From a virus (taxonomy: Duplodnaviria; Caudoviricetes), in IMG/VR virus record IMGVR_UViG_3300028804_000001, positions 1 to 64,000 of that record: a stretch of DNA of 64,000 bases; one strand, 5' to 3'. A program made the translations under genes and the position numbers. The notes beneath the pieces were generated by a model, which saw only the letters and a list, made by a program, of their open reading frames with translations, was not told where the DNA came from and did not search any database. Numbering within the stretch: the stretch's first letter is position 1; every line of letters starts with the position of its first letter. Of this stretch, positions 47,258 through 56,664 are shown one piece after another.

Positions 47258-49864
47258 TCAGAACGAGATATCATCAAATGAATCAGTATCTGTTCCAGCG
47301 CACTGAATAAGCGACTCATATGTATTTGCGAAAAGACCAGTATATTTCTGCATGTTTAGCTGGCTTCTATCTTTTAGATTTTCAAACAGTTCAACTTTCT
47401 CAGAGCTGTTTGTATAAAAGAATTCTACAGTCTCTCCAACATTCGGATAGCTCCCGTTCTTTTCCAGGTATCGATCTAGAATCTTTACAGCCTGGTTATA
47501 CTGAAAGTGGCCAGCATTATCTAAATATAGAAGTGCAAACTGCCTTAATTCGCTCATGAAATCTTCATGAGTCTTGGCGTTCTTAATCTTCTTCCATTTA
47601 CTTACAACTACTCCTAGATCACCTTCATTCTTCGAGTAGAGATCTCGGATAGTTTTCTCAATATATGCTATGATATCATTCTTTCTAGATTCTTCTGAAC
47701 TAGAAGATAGATTCATATAAGAAATTCTAGTAGATGGTTTTGCTGTTCCTTTATAATCATCGATATCAATCTTAACTGCCATTGATAACTTAAAGCTTTC
47801 TGTTGGGAGATCATTAACCTTCTCCATCATATCTGCATAATACTTATCAATTCTCTTCGCCTGAAATATTCCAGCATTAAGATCATCCAAACACTTAGCC
47901 ATAAGGTCATGGATCATCTCATCTACGAATACTGGCATTGTTGAAGAGTGAAGGCTGTTACCAACCAACTTTACATGTCCTTCAGTAAATAGAGAATAGT
48001 TCTTCTTCTTAAAGATAATGATGTTGTTACGGCCTTCAGCCTCCATCTCTTCTTTAACACTAATATGACACTCAGGAAATTCATACTTGGTTTTAATAAA
48101 CTCTTCAATGAACTTATTAAGATCTTTATCCCGGATACTCTGGTTATTAAACATGAAACCATCAGTATCAATTGCAAGGATCTGATCATTATATGCTCTA
48201 TGAATTGTACTGGCCAGCTCACGGCCAATTGCAGTTACGAATAAACCAATGATTGGGGAAGTATTAGAAAACATTCCTCCACTCATGGATCCATAAATAC
48301 TATTGGCTAGAATCTTCATGGTATTCTGCCTGGAATCTAATAGTTGCAGCTGAACAGGATCCTTGGTTTGCTTCATCTGCTTACGGATTTGAGCTCTCTG
48401 GTTCAGGAAGTTTAAGAGCATATCTTTAACAACTCCAGAAGAGTTCTTAACTTTGATATGCATCCTTTTACCCAGATTATAATCTGGAATATTATAGATT
48501 GTGAAGTCTTGTTCTTTTACCACACCAACTGCATATCTTTCATCTTCGCCTTCATCAATACCTAGTTTATTTCCTAGATCTACAATAGCCTGAAGTGTTG
48601 TAGTATCAGGAGAAAGGTTAAACTGAATCATGATTGATGGATATAGAGATGAAACGTCCAGCTTCTGAACTTCTCTAGATGCTGTGTATTCCCTTGCAAA
48701 GTTATAAGCACCCTCAAACTTCTTGTTTGTTGATAGCTCAATAAGTTGATATACTTTGGGAAATTTCTCTGCATTATTCTTAACAGAAGCATAGCCTCTC
48801 TGCCATGCCATACTTCCACAATAGAGATCAGATAAGAGGCCGGGAGATCTATTAACAGCCATGTTTACTGGCCAGTTCAGGACATCAGATAGAGCTAGCG
48901 AGATAGGAAGATATTTCTCCTCGAGATAAGCAGTACACCGAATATCTGATGTTAGATATTTGTGCATCTGTTCATCACTGATCTTATCCATCTGGGTCTT
49001 GTCATCGTCGGATAGATCGTAGATGCCTTCCATTCCATAAAAGGCAGTAACTGTTTTTAATCTGCGGTTCTTAGTTTTGATGTTGGTATCTCTTTTAACA
49101 GAGTTAAGATAGATATCATCGTGAACTCTACCAATTCCTAAGCTTTCACCACATCTTGTGAGGATCATCTCTCCAGTTTTAGTGTGAAAGAATCCTCGAT
49201 CTCCACCTTTCCGAGGAGGTTCTGCAGCAAATCTATTTAGAATGCTGAGATCGATCTTATACTTTGCACATCTTTGATAGAAATATGGAAGGTCGAACTC
49301 CATAGAAAAGAAACCGGCCACAATATCCGGATCCTTTTCTAAAATATATTCTATAAAGGCATTGAGAAGCTTCTTCTCATTGCTGTGAGATATCATGATC
49401 TTGATATCATTATCATCTGGATCCTGCCATCTCTCATTAAGCATTACTGCACCAAAGGCAATAATCGGATCTCTTTCAGGAAGTGGCATTGAACCCATGG
49501 TTCTCATCTCAAAGTCAAAACACATTACTTTGAGATCTCCAGGGATAGAGACTTCAGGAAGAATATCCTGCTCATACATTACAAGGTTACGTACGAATTT
49601 CTTTCTGGCGCTTCCTACCTGTCCCTGCATTGCAGAGAAGGTGGGATAATCATTTCTTTTAATTTGCATCTGCCGGCTTGTTCCAAGTTCCATAACCTTC
49701 TTGGAATTTCTACCGGCACCTTCTACCATTGTAAATGGAACTACTCTGGCATCTTCTTCATAAAGAATGCTCTTAACTTTTCCACCAGGATTAACTATAA
49801 ATAGTCTATCCTCTGCTGGAACAAAGTCGAGAGCGTAGCGTGATCTGAGGAGAGAGTTTCCCAT
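47258..49864 (-). CDS. polB: Family B DNA polymerase with 3'-5' exonuclease
   Basis: Exo I FDFE, Exo II FDLPY, Exo III YLTSD; motif A DVSSLYPSIM; motif B KILANSIYG; motif C DTDG; KKNY. Confidence 0.95.
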   Translation of the reverse strand: MGNSLLRSRYALDFVPAEDRLFIVNPGGKVKSILYEEDARVVPFTMVEGAGRNSKKVMELGTSRQMQIKRNDYPTFSAMQGQVGSARKKFVRNLVMYEQDILPEVSIPGDLKVMCFDFEMRTMGSMPLPERDPIIAFGAVMLNERWQDPDDNDIKIMISHSNEKKLLNAFIEYILEKDPDIVAGFFSMEFDLPYFYQRCAKYKIDLSILNRFAAEPPRKGGDRGFFHTKTGEMILTRCGESLGIGRVHDDIYLNSVKRDTNIKTKNRRLKTVTAFYGMEGIYDLSDDDKTQMDKISDEQMHKYLTSDIRCTAYLEEKYLPISLALSDVLNWPVNMAVNRSPGLLSDLYCGSMAWQRGYASVKNNAEKFPKVYQLIELSTNKKFEGAYNFAREYTASREVQKLDVSSLYPSIMIQFNLSPDTTTLQAIVDLGNKLGIDEGEDERYAVGVVKEQDFTIYNIPDYNLGKRMHIKVKNSSGVVKDMLLNFLNQRAQIRKQMKQTKDPVQLQLLDSRQNTMKILANSIYGSMSGGMFSNTSPIIGLFVTAIGRELASTIHRAYNDQILAIDTDGFMFNNQSIRDKDLNKFIEEFIKTKYEFPECHISVKEEMEAEGRNNIIIFKKKNYSLFTEGHVKLVGNSLHSSTMPVFVDEMIHDLMAKCLDDLNAGIFQAKRIDKYYADMMEKVNDLPTESFKLSMAVKIDIDDYKGTAKPSTRISYMNLSSSSEESRKNDIIAYIEKTIRDLYSKNEGDLGVVVSKWKKIKNAKTHEDFMSELRQFALLYLDNAGHFQYNQAVKILDRYLEKNGSYPNVGETVEFFYTNSSEKVELFENLKDRSQLNMQKYTGLFANTYESLIQCAGTDTDSFDDISF

Positions 49865-50208
49865 AAGTCAGTTCTATCTCCATATAGTTTACCGTCAAGG
49901 ACGAGCTGAAATTCATACATATCACGAATGGCAAGATATGAATTAATAGCCTGCTCAGTCATTGTAGTTAGCTTTGGGTGTCTTTTAAAACCACCATCGT
50001 TAATGTTGGCCAAGAAATCTACAATCATGATAAGACTGTGTAGAGCTCTTTTATATGTATTATTAACTACCAGAAACTGAAGTAGTGTCTGATTCATTAT
50101 TAGATTGGTAGTATTGTTATTGTCAGACGCTATTATTATAAAACTAGAATCTTCCCACTTATCGAGAAACTGCTCCGATACCCAGAAGGGAGGTCTCTTC
50201 ATGTCCAT
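49795..50208 (-). CDS. Hypothetical protein
   Basis: Co-oriented ORF in the replication operon. Confidence 0.55.
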   Translation of the reverse strand: MDMKRPPFWVSEQFLDKWEDSSFIIIASDNNNTTNLIMNQTLLQFLVVNNTYKRALHSLIMIVDFLANINDGGFKRHPKLTTMTEQAINSYLAIRDMYEFQLVLDGKLYGDRTDLWETLSSDHATLSTLFQQRIDYL

Positions 50209-50213
50209 ACATT

Positions 50214-51452
50214 CTATTCACCTTCACTCTTTTTATTTCCGGACTTCACTTTAACGTAACCGGCATTCGGTGTCTTTGAAAAACAGGATTCGAGTAACTT
50301 TCTTATCTTATCATTCTCAACAAGAACTTCTAAGTTCTTTTTGTTCACTGATATATCTGCAACACTGAGGAGCTTTTCCCAATCTTTCTTTCCAAAGCTT
50401 TCCTTCTCAAGCTTTTCCTGAAATAAACTGGGTGAGAATACATCTCTTACAGTTGTTTGGATAGAATAAGAACCCTTGGTCTCTTCGATTCCAGCTTCTC
50501 CAGCAATGATAAGAGAATCCTGCAGTGCTACTTTTCTAGCATCAAGCTGCTTTATGAGTCCCTTGATTTTATCAAGAGCCTCAACTTTTTGCTGATTAGT
50601 AAGAAGAGTAACATCTGTTACATCTTTAAGAGCAAGGATAGCAGCTTCTGATGCGTTAGCATGCACAGGACACTTGCCATTAAATGCACAGCTATTGCAA
50701 TGAGGTCCTGCCATATACTCCAGTTTTCTTCCAGGAGTCTTTTCTCTAAGAGCCAGAATATGATCTTCCAAATGAGAGATAGTCATCTGAACTTGATTCA
50801 TAAATTCAGTTGAAGTTTCAGCGGACATGATTACATCAAACTGCTTATCAAGCCTGATGTAATCAATAAGACCTTTAACTTGGGTTCTTTGAATCTTAGC
50901 CTTAATAGATTTAGGCTCAAGACCAGCATTGGCAAGGAAATCCTCAATTGATCTCATTACCAGGCTTATATAGATTTTCATCTGCTCAAAGTCAGCAGGA
51001 TTAATATACTGCGCAGTTTTATAGTCTACGATCGTAACTGTATTGGAGTCTGGCTCATAGTAGGCAGTATCGATCTGACCACTAAGAGCAATTACTCCTC
51101 TACGACTGAATCGCTCTTGAACCAATGCAAGTTCATTAGCTTTCTCAATTCTTAACGGAAAGTATTCTCTAGTTTTAATCCGATCTACATACTCTACTAT
51201 GAGCTCATCTTTTTCATCAATCAGACTATGATCAGTTCCAACTTCCCAGTTTTCCATAATAGAATGGAACTTCTTACCGCGGCTTGCACCTTCTTCATTT
51301 CGTGCCTTCATATGAGGCATCAGGATCCTGGCCAGGGCAAGGCCATCACACTTTGAAATATAAAAGTAAGATGATGCACTAATCACCATCTCACTTTCAA
51401 TAGTTTTTGGGTTAATAATAACCCGCGGCTTAACTGGTTCTAACTCGTTCAT
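50214..51452 (-). CDS. Cas4/RecB-like PD-(D/E)XK exonuclease (Fe-S)
   Basis: ISAS...KC, RGKKFH, GQIDT, IVDYKT, QMKIY, CNSCAFNGKC. Confidence 0.85.
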   Translation of the reverse strand: MNELEPVKPRVIINPKTIESEMVISASSYFYISKCDGLALARILMPHMKARNEEGASRGKKFHSIMENWEVGTDHSLIDEKDELIVEYVDRIKTREYFPLRIEKANELALVQERFSRRGVIALSGQIDTAYYEPDSNTVTIVDYKTAQYINPADFEQMKIYISLVMRSIEDFLANAGLEPKSIKAKIQRTQVKGLIDYIRLDKQFDVIMSAETSTEFMNQVQMTISHLEDHILALREKTPGRKLEYMAGPHCNSCAFNGKCPVHANASEAAILALKDVTDVTLLTNQQKVEALDKIKGLIKQLDARKVALQDSLIIAGEAGIEETKGSYSIQTTVRDVFSPSLFQEKLEKESFGKKDWEKLLSVADISVNKKNLEVLVENDKIRKLLESCFSKTPNAGYVKVKSGNKKSEGE

Positions 51453-53413
51453 GGTTCATAGTCCGTATTAATCTGGTCTGAAGTGAATTCTATCTTCTTA
51501 TTTTCAGTTAGGGCAAACCTGTCAATAATACTAGGAACAATTACGTTCTTAATAATCCTATTAACAGATCTTCCATTCTCATTTTTATTTACCTTAGAGA
51601 CAATGTAATCAAGAATTTTATCCCGGTCAGGAAATTCTACTTCCACTGTTCTAAAGATCTCTTTCATAGTCTTCTTGAGTCTTACGTCAGCTACTTGTTT
51701 AAGCATAGCTTCATCAAGAGACTTAAATACCAGAACATTATCTACTCTATTAACGAATTCAGGCCTCATTCCATTTGATACTAGAAGTTCTTTAACTGCA
51801 GCAATAGAAACTTTACCTTCTTCTTCATCTTTACGATCGGCTTCATCCATAAAGCCAACTTTGCCCATGCCTTTCTTTCCAATTTCTTCTGCAGCTGCAT
51901 TACTGGTCATGAACATAATGCACTTAGAGATATCATGAGTTCTTCCAGAAGATTCTGTAAAAGAACCTTCATCGAGAAGATTCATGATACCATCTAAGAT
52001 ATCATCGTGAGCTTTCTCAATTTCATCAAAGAGAATAACACAAGGATATTTACTTTGAAGCTCTCGAGTAAGAAAGGTTCCTTCATTATATCCAACGTAG
52101 CCTGGAGCAGAACCAAACAGCCTATTAATATGATGACTGTTCTTGAATTGATTTAAATCAATTCTAATGATTCTATCCTCGGATCCGTAACATACTCGAG
52201 CAAGAGCCTTGGCAGTTTCAGTTTTACCGGAGCCAGTTTGACCAACTGCAAGTACAACTGCTACTGGTTTATTCTGCTCGGATAAGCCTAGATGCTTCTT
52301 AATAATAACATTAACAATTTCTCTTTCGTTCCTATGAGATAGAACTACTTGAGATCTAACATTATCAATGATATCAGCAGAAGTAAACTTGAGCTTAATT
52401 CCAGATCCAATTTCATCTTCTGTGAATCGTGAGTTAAGAGCCATAGCTCTAATAAAAGATTCCTGGGTAGCTGAATCTTCCGCTACTACTTCAGATTCAT
52501 AGAATCTACCTTCGAATACTTCTTTAGATTCTCCGGCGAGCTTAAGAACAAAGGAGTTAGCAACCATGAGATATCTTCTAAGACTATCTTCTTGGAGATA
52601 GTATCTATGTTTGAGAATAATCTCTACATACTTATAGATATCTGCTCTCTTAACTCCTCTAGCTTTAAGCCGGTCTATAATGATATCCCGGATTTGATCT
52701 TCTTTAAATGGTTGAACTGGATAATATACAAAATCATCAGCATAAACATGCCGTTTCATTTGATGCATCTTATGATTAGGAACACAAACAATAAGGACTA
52801 TTTGCTTGAAACAATCAAATAGTCTCATGAAGCCAGAAACATAGTTACCTTCGTAAGATTGAGGAGGAATAAGATGCTTATCGAAATCATCAATGATTAC
52901 GATCGCTTTGTCTTTTACTCTTTTGGTAGTTCCTTTCTTGGCACCTTCTACCAGCTCTACAACTTCCTTTTCCAGAGCTGCTACACTGGCACTCCGATCC
53001 TTTAATGTTGAGAGATTATTAGTATTATCAAAGAAAATTACTTTAGTCGGATCTGGAGAAATAGATCTTTGGATATTAACGATTGCCTCAAGAAGGGCAG
53101 TCCTACCGATTCCTCGGTCACCATGAATTACAATAGGTCCTGTTGAAAATACAAATGATTGGTTAATCAAATTGCATAAGTCTACTACTTCATTATCTCT
53201 ATGGAGTAGATTACATTTACGGCCGTTAGCTAAAGTAAAGTAAAAAGGAAGACCCGGAGGGTTAACCTCCGAGTCCTCATTAATCAACCTGTTGAGATTG
53301 TTTACTTTACGAGCTGTGGCTGAGTGTTCAGACATCTCTCTCGTCATATTGGCCACGGTCTCCTCTGTTGTTTCCTCTATCGCCACCGCCTTTTTTACCA
53401 ACGTATGGCTCAC
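51449..53413 (-). CDS. ClpA/ClpC-like Hsp100 AAA+ ATPase lacking the N-domain
   Basis: Degenerate NBD1 (GDRGIGRT, IIDDFD); intact NBD2 (GQTGSGKTE, GSAPGYVGY, LFDEIEKAH, MTSN, VGF, RPEFVNRVD). True start is probably 53347 or 53335. Confidence 0.85.
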   Translation of the reverse strand: MSHTLVKKAVAIEETTEETVANMTREMSEHSATARKVNNLNRLINEDSEVNPPGLPFYFTLANGRKCNLLHRDNEVVDLCNLINQSFVFSTGPIVIHGDRGIGRTALLEAIVNIQRSISPDPTKVIFFDNTNNLSTLKDRSASVAALEKEVVELVEGAKKGTTKRVKDKAIVIIDDFDKHLIPPQSYEGNYVSGFMRLFDCFKQIVLIVCVPNHKMHQMKRHVYADDFVYYPVQPFKEDQIRDIIIDRLKARGVKRADIYKYVEIILKHRYYLQEDSLRRYLMVANSFVLKLAGESKEVFEGRFYESEVVAEDSATQESFIRAMALNSRFTEDEIGSGIKLKFTSADIIDNVRSQVVLSHRNEREIVNVIIKKHLGLSEQNKPVAVVLAVGQTGSGKTETAKALARVCYGSEDRIIRIDLNQFKNSHHINRLFGSAPGYVGYNEGTFLTRELQSKYPCVILFDEIEKAHDDILDGIMNLLDEGSFTESSGRTHDISKCIMFMTSNAAAEEIGKKGMGKVGFMDEADRKDEEEGKVSIAAVKELLVSNGMRPEFVNRVDNVLVFKSLDEAMLKQVADVRLKKTMKEIFRTVEVEFPDRDKILDYIVSKVNKNENGRSVNRIIKNVIVPSIIDRFALTENKKIEFTSDQINTDYEP

Positions 53414-53678
53414 GAAAACTCATATTGAGGTGAGGACGAGTCTTCCCTTTGGAAGTTTCCTTACCGCCATCTTTGTTTTCGTTGATGTAGACATCACATC
53501 CATTGGGGAAATCATTGGCGAGTCGTTCAATCTGCTCTGCAGAAAGCTTTCCTCTCCAAAAAGGAATACGTTTCTTTTCGTTCTGGTGTTCCCAGAAACC
53601 TACCTGAACGCCGTAATCCTTTTCACCAGATTGGCTGCTCTGTCTACTTGTTGATTCTCTTCTGCTACCTATCGGCAT
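53328..53678 (-). CDS. Small beta-rich protein, possible single-stranded DNA-binding protein
   Basis: GGAGG SD; VGFW...FWRGK...INENK...RPHLNM core with a Gly/Arg/Asp-rich tail. Confidence 0.45.
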   Translation of the reverse strand: MPIGSRRESTSRQSSQSGEKDYGVQVGFWEHQNEKKRIPFWRGKLSAEQIERLANDFPNGCDVYINENKDGGKETSKGKTRPHLNMSFREPYVGKKGGGDRGNNRGDRGQYDERDV

Positions 53679-53931
53679 CTTCTTTACCTCCGGCATTCTC
53701 AGAATCAAGAGTGAATTCTGGGATATGCCATTTTTCTTCACCCTCCATTACTATAAAGGATAAGTTTTTTCCTTTGTTTTCTTGGAGAATTTCTTGAAGG
53801 TCTTCGTTAATAAGCCTTCTATCGGTAGCGTATTTGATGTAAACTACTTTGATAGTTCCATCATTCTGATCTTTGGACAAGATACAGAAAAGCTTAACTT
53901 TCCGTTGCTTGAGTTTTCTCTTTTGTTCCAT
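53665..53931 (-). CDS. Hypothetical protein
   Basis: Co-oriented overlapping ORF. Confidence 0.5.
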   Translation of the reverse strand: MEQKRKLKQRKVKLFCILSKDQNDGTIKVVYIKYATDRRLINEDLQEILQENKGKNLSFIVMEGEEKWHIPEFTLDSENAGGKEDADR

Positions 53932-54088
53932 ATTTTACCCGTGGAAATTCTGGATCATCGAATTCATGCTGATCCAACTTTTTTGATAACTCATAATCTT
54001 CTAATTCTTGTAGCATCTGTAGATCTTCATCTACCAGCTCTTTAAGCCAGGTTGGAAGGCTGCTTATTTGATTACTATACTTACTCAT
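53894..54088 (-). CDS. Acidic hypothetical protein
   Basis: Co-oriented overlapping ORF. Confidence 0.5.
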   Translation of the reverse strand: MSKYSNQISSLPTWLKELVDEDLQMLQELEDYELSKKLDQHEFDDPEFPRVKYGTKEKTQATES

Positions 54089-54554
54089 TCAATAATTCAG
54101 ATTCTAGTAACTTATAAAATTCTACCAGAAGTTTATCAGCTACATTGGCATTTGTTCTTCTCAGAAAGGTTCCAAGAGTTCGATCTGCTATATCATAAAT
54201 TCTATCAATCTGCATCTGGTTTGCAGAACCAGCTCCCATAAGAGAACCTAGGTCTTTTGTTCTCATAGTGCTTAGCATTTCAGAATCACCTTCTCTAAAG
54301 GTAGTAAAGATAGGAATAGAGTTAAACTTATCTGCAGCTTTTGCTAGCTTAGTCCATTCTACTTTAGGAATAGAATGAGATCCAGATGTTCTATGTTTAC
54401 ATTCGTGAATATATTGAGAATTTCTACCGTCACCATCCCCTTTCTGGTTACCAGAACCAGATGTTCCTGATAATCCAAGAAGCCTATTTGCTTCAGACTC
54501 CACCTGCTTCCATTTGGGATCTTCTTTCATCTCTAATCCTTTCCTTTTTTGCAA
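54081..54554 (-). CDS. Hjc-like PD-(D/E)XK resolvase/endonuclease
   Basis: E..A, SGSGNQKGD, IHECKH, SIPKVEWTKL. Confidence 0.7.
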   Translation of the reverse strand: MQKRKGLEMKEDPKWKQVESEANRLLGLSGTSGSGNQKGDGDGRNSQYIHECKHRTSGSHSIPKVEWTKLAKAADKFNSIPIFTTFREGDSEMLSTMRTKDLGSLMGAGSANQMQIDRIYDIADRTLGTFLRRTNANVADKLLVEFYKLLESELLNE

Positions 54555-54753
54555 GGCAGTATATACATTCTGTAATTACCTTAGAATTCCAAAATACTGA
54601 ACCATTAAGATAGTGATATCTTTCTCCACAGTCTTCGCATATTGCAGTTCCATCTTCCTGGAAACTTGCAATAATTCCAGATTTAAGATCTGTGCGAATT
54701 ATTAATTTAGCATTGGGAGTTTTCCAAAGAAGGAGCTTTTGCTTGTTAGTCAT
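54493..54753 (-). CDS. Small Zn-finger hypothetical protein
   Basis: CEDCG...CIYC. Confidence 0.5.
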   Translation of the reverse strand: MTNKQKLLLWKTPNAKLIIRTDLKSGIIASFQEDGTAICEDCGERYHYLNGSVFWNSKVITECIYCLAKKERIRDERRSQMEAGGV

Positions 54754-54913
54754 GATCTGCTTTAAGACAGTCTAACTTACTTGAAGGGCCAAGTTTAATT
54801 TCTTTTTTATATTCTGCTAGTTTAATCTTACATTCTGCTTCAGTATCAAAAGTTGTTAAGATATGATATCTAGAACCTGACCATAAAGAGAGAACCAAAA
54901 GCCATTCCATCAT
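54746..54913 (-). CDS. 55-aa hypothetical protein (MMEWLLVLSLW...FDTEAEC...C)
   Basis: Hand-translated; GAGGG SD; fills the gap. Confidence 0.5.
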   Translation of the reverse strand: MMEWLLVLSLWSGSRYHILTTFDTEAECKIKLAEYKKEIKLGPSSKLDCLKADHD

Positions 54914-54923
54914 ATATCTACCC

Positions 54924-55202
54924 TCACTTTTTATTTAGAGATCTAGAGAATAACTCTTTAAGAGACTTTGGCGGTTCTAAAGTCTCCACTGGGACACTTT
55001 GATTAGAATTAGATTTTCTATTTGTTTTCTTTTTATTCTTAACTAATGCACCTGACTGGCTTCTCTTTCTCGCCATATATTCTGCCATATACTGACGATG
55101 AGCTGCAGTGCACTGATTACAACGGCATCCTTTGATATAGTTCGACCTGCTAGAGGGCCCATTAATGGACCCACAGCTATAGTTGGCACTCTTTCTAGCC
55201 AT
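54924..55202 (-). CDS. Basic Zn-binding protein (Y..GCRCxxC domain)
   Basis: SRSNYIKGCRCNQCTAAHRQYM; same domain as 36425..36817. Confidence 0.6.
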   Translation of the reverse strand: MARKSANYSCGSINGPSSRSNYIKGCRCNQCTAAHRQYMAEYMARKRSQSGALVKNKKKTNRKSNSNQSVPVETLEPPKSLKELFSRSLNKK

Positions 55203-55213
55203 ATAAACCTCTA

Positions 55214-55897
55214 CTAGATTTTCATGATAGAGTAGACTTTAGGATCGGACATATCTTTTACTTCTCTGTTATCATGAATGCAGATAACAGATAAATCTAC
55301 CGGGCTAATATGATTAACCCTCTTATCATCGAAAACATCTGTAAGATAGATCATTTTAAATAATCCGGATCTACCCTCACTTCTCATCTTTTGAGTAATA
55401 TTAGCGTGAATATTACCAACTTCGAATAATCCCTGGTGTACGATACATCCAATTGCCATAGCGAGATTATGTAATCCAAAGCTGAGAAAGAATGGAACAT
55501 CTGTAGTAATAACAGTTTTGTTATATGGCTGAAGTCCATTATGTGAGATCTGATAGAATGACCACATAAGTGGAACAATTATAGGTTTAATTACTCTCTC
55601 ATCTAAGTTTGAGTTATACCCGTCCAGACGGCGTCTAACCATATTCTGATACTTGGAGATTTCCTCATTATTAATTGCCACTTTTAAGTCGCCTTTGAGA
55701 TTGGGTTCTCCCGGCAGGATATCCTTAGCTGATTTAGAATCTACACTATATACAGTTCCACAACAGTTACAGATATAGCTTTTAGTAAGCGGATCATGTA
55801 ATGTAAGAATTGCAGTAGGGTAGAAACTCTGACCTGAGTAACAAACGCTGCAGAATTTTTTAACTCTAGATTTTTCAATTACTGGTTCATTACTCAT
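55214..55897 (-). CDS. Hypothetical protein with N-terminal Zn ribbon
   Basis: CSVC...CNCC; coupled to the UDG-like gene. Confidence 0.55.
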   Translation of the reverse strand: MSNEPVIEKSRVKKFCSVCYSGQSFYPTAILTLHDPLTKSYICNCCGTVYSVDSKSAKDILPGEPNLKGDLKVAINNEEISKYQNMVRRRLDGYNSNLDERVIKPIIVPLMWSFYQISHNGLQPYNKTVITTDVPFFLSFGLHNLAMAIGCIVHQGLFEVGNIHANITQKMRSEGRSGLFKMIYLTDVFDDKRVNHISPVDLSVICIHDNREVKDMSDPKVYSIMKI

Positions 55898-56664
55898 TTT
55901 ACAGTTCCTTTAGCTTGTGCTGATTTTAATAGTTCTTCGTAATCTTTACGATAAACGTTTCTTTCCATACTTGCTGCAATAGCAGCATATTCATTTGATG
56001 ATTTAGCTGCATAGTCAATTGCTCTCATAAAATCAACACAGATTGTTCTAAAGTTGATTTGAGTATTACATCTAACTAATCTTACGTTAGATGGATGTTC
56101 AGTAGGAACACCAGGAATTCCATATATAGTATTATGCGGTTTATCAGTCCATGTAGTTCTAAGTTTCTGAGTTCCAATGAACTTACCATCTTTAAATGTT
56201 AATTCATCAGGGAACGAAAATTTAGTAACCATGGATCCTAATGTAATAATTACTGGAGCTTCAGTAATAGCTGCCATTAGAGATACATACTCTCTACATT
56301 TTGCATACTCAGATTGAGTAACCATATGTGATGGTTTTCTCCAACATCTAATGATTGTTGAATAACTAAAATCAATCTGACCAATCTGAAGATAATAACA
56401 AACACGATCCAATACATCCCATGTTGTTCCATGTAACGGATTTGGATCTCCTTCTGGTAATCCAGTGTAGGAAGGATACTCAGATAGGACCAGGATTCTA
56501 CCTTTCCTTAAAATCGGTCTAGATGGAAATGGAACCTGTTCTAGTCTATTTTGAGCAATAGAACACTTATCACAATGAAGTGGTAAGATATCTTCAGGAG
56601 GCCACAGAAGTGAGCTGTCTGCCCAAATATCTTTCCGAATTGCTCTGGAATACGTACCCTTCAA
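55894..56664 (-). CDS. Divergent uracil-DNA glycosylase family 4-like protein
   Basis: CDKCSIAQNR, LVLSEYP, IIRCW, KC, VIITLG, PTEHPS. Confidence 0.7.
   Translation of the reverse strand: MKGTYSRAIRKDIWADSSLLWPPEDILPLHCDKCSIAQNRLEQVPFPSRPILRKGRILVLSEYPSYTGLPEGDPNPLHGTTWDVLDRVCYYLQIGQIDFSYSTIIRCWRKPSHMVTQSEYAKCREYVSLMAAITEAPVIITLGSMVTKFSFPDELTFKDGKFIGTQKLRTTWTDKPHNTIYGIPGVPTEHPSNVRLVRCNTQINFRTICVDFMRAIDYAAKSSNEYAAIAASMERNVYRKDYEELLKSAQAKGTVK

Noticed and set aside
5192-49864. Inteins or group I introns in terL, primase-helicase, recA or polB
   Set aside because: Lengths and motif spacing are normal; no C/S...HN splice-junction insertions or interrupted frames were seen.
20119-51452. Cas4-like proteins as evidence of a CRISPR-Cas system
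   Set aside because: No repeat-spacer array, cas1 or cas2 is seen; stand-alone Cas4-like nucleases are common in phage replication modules.
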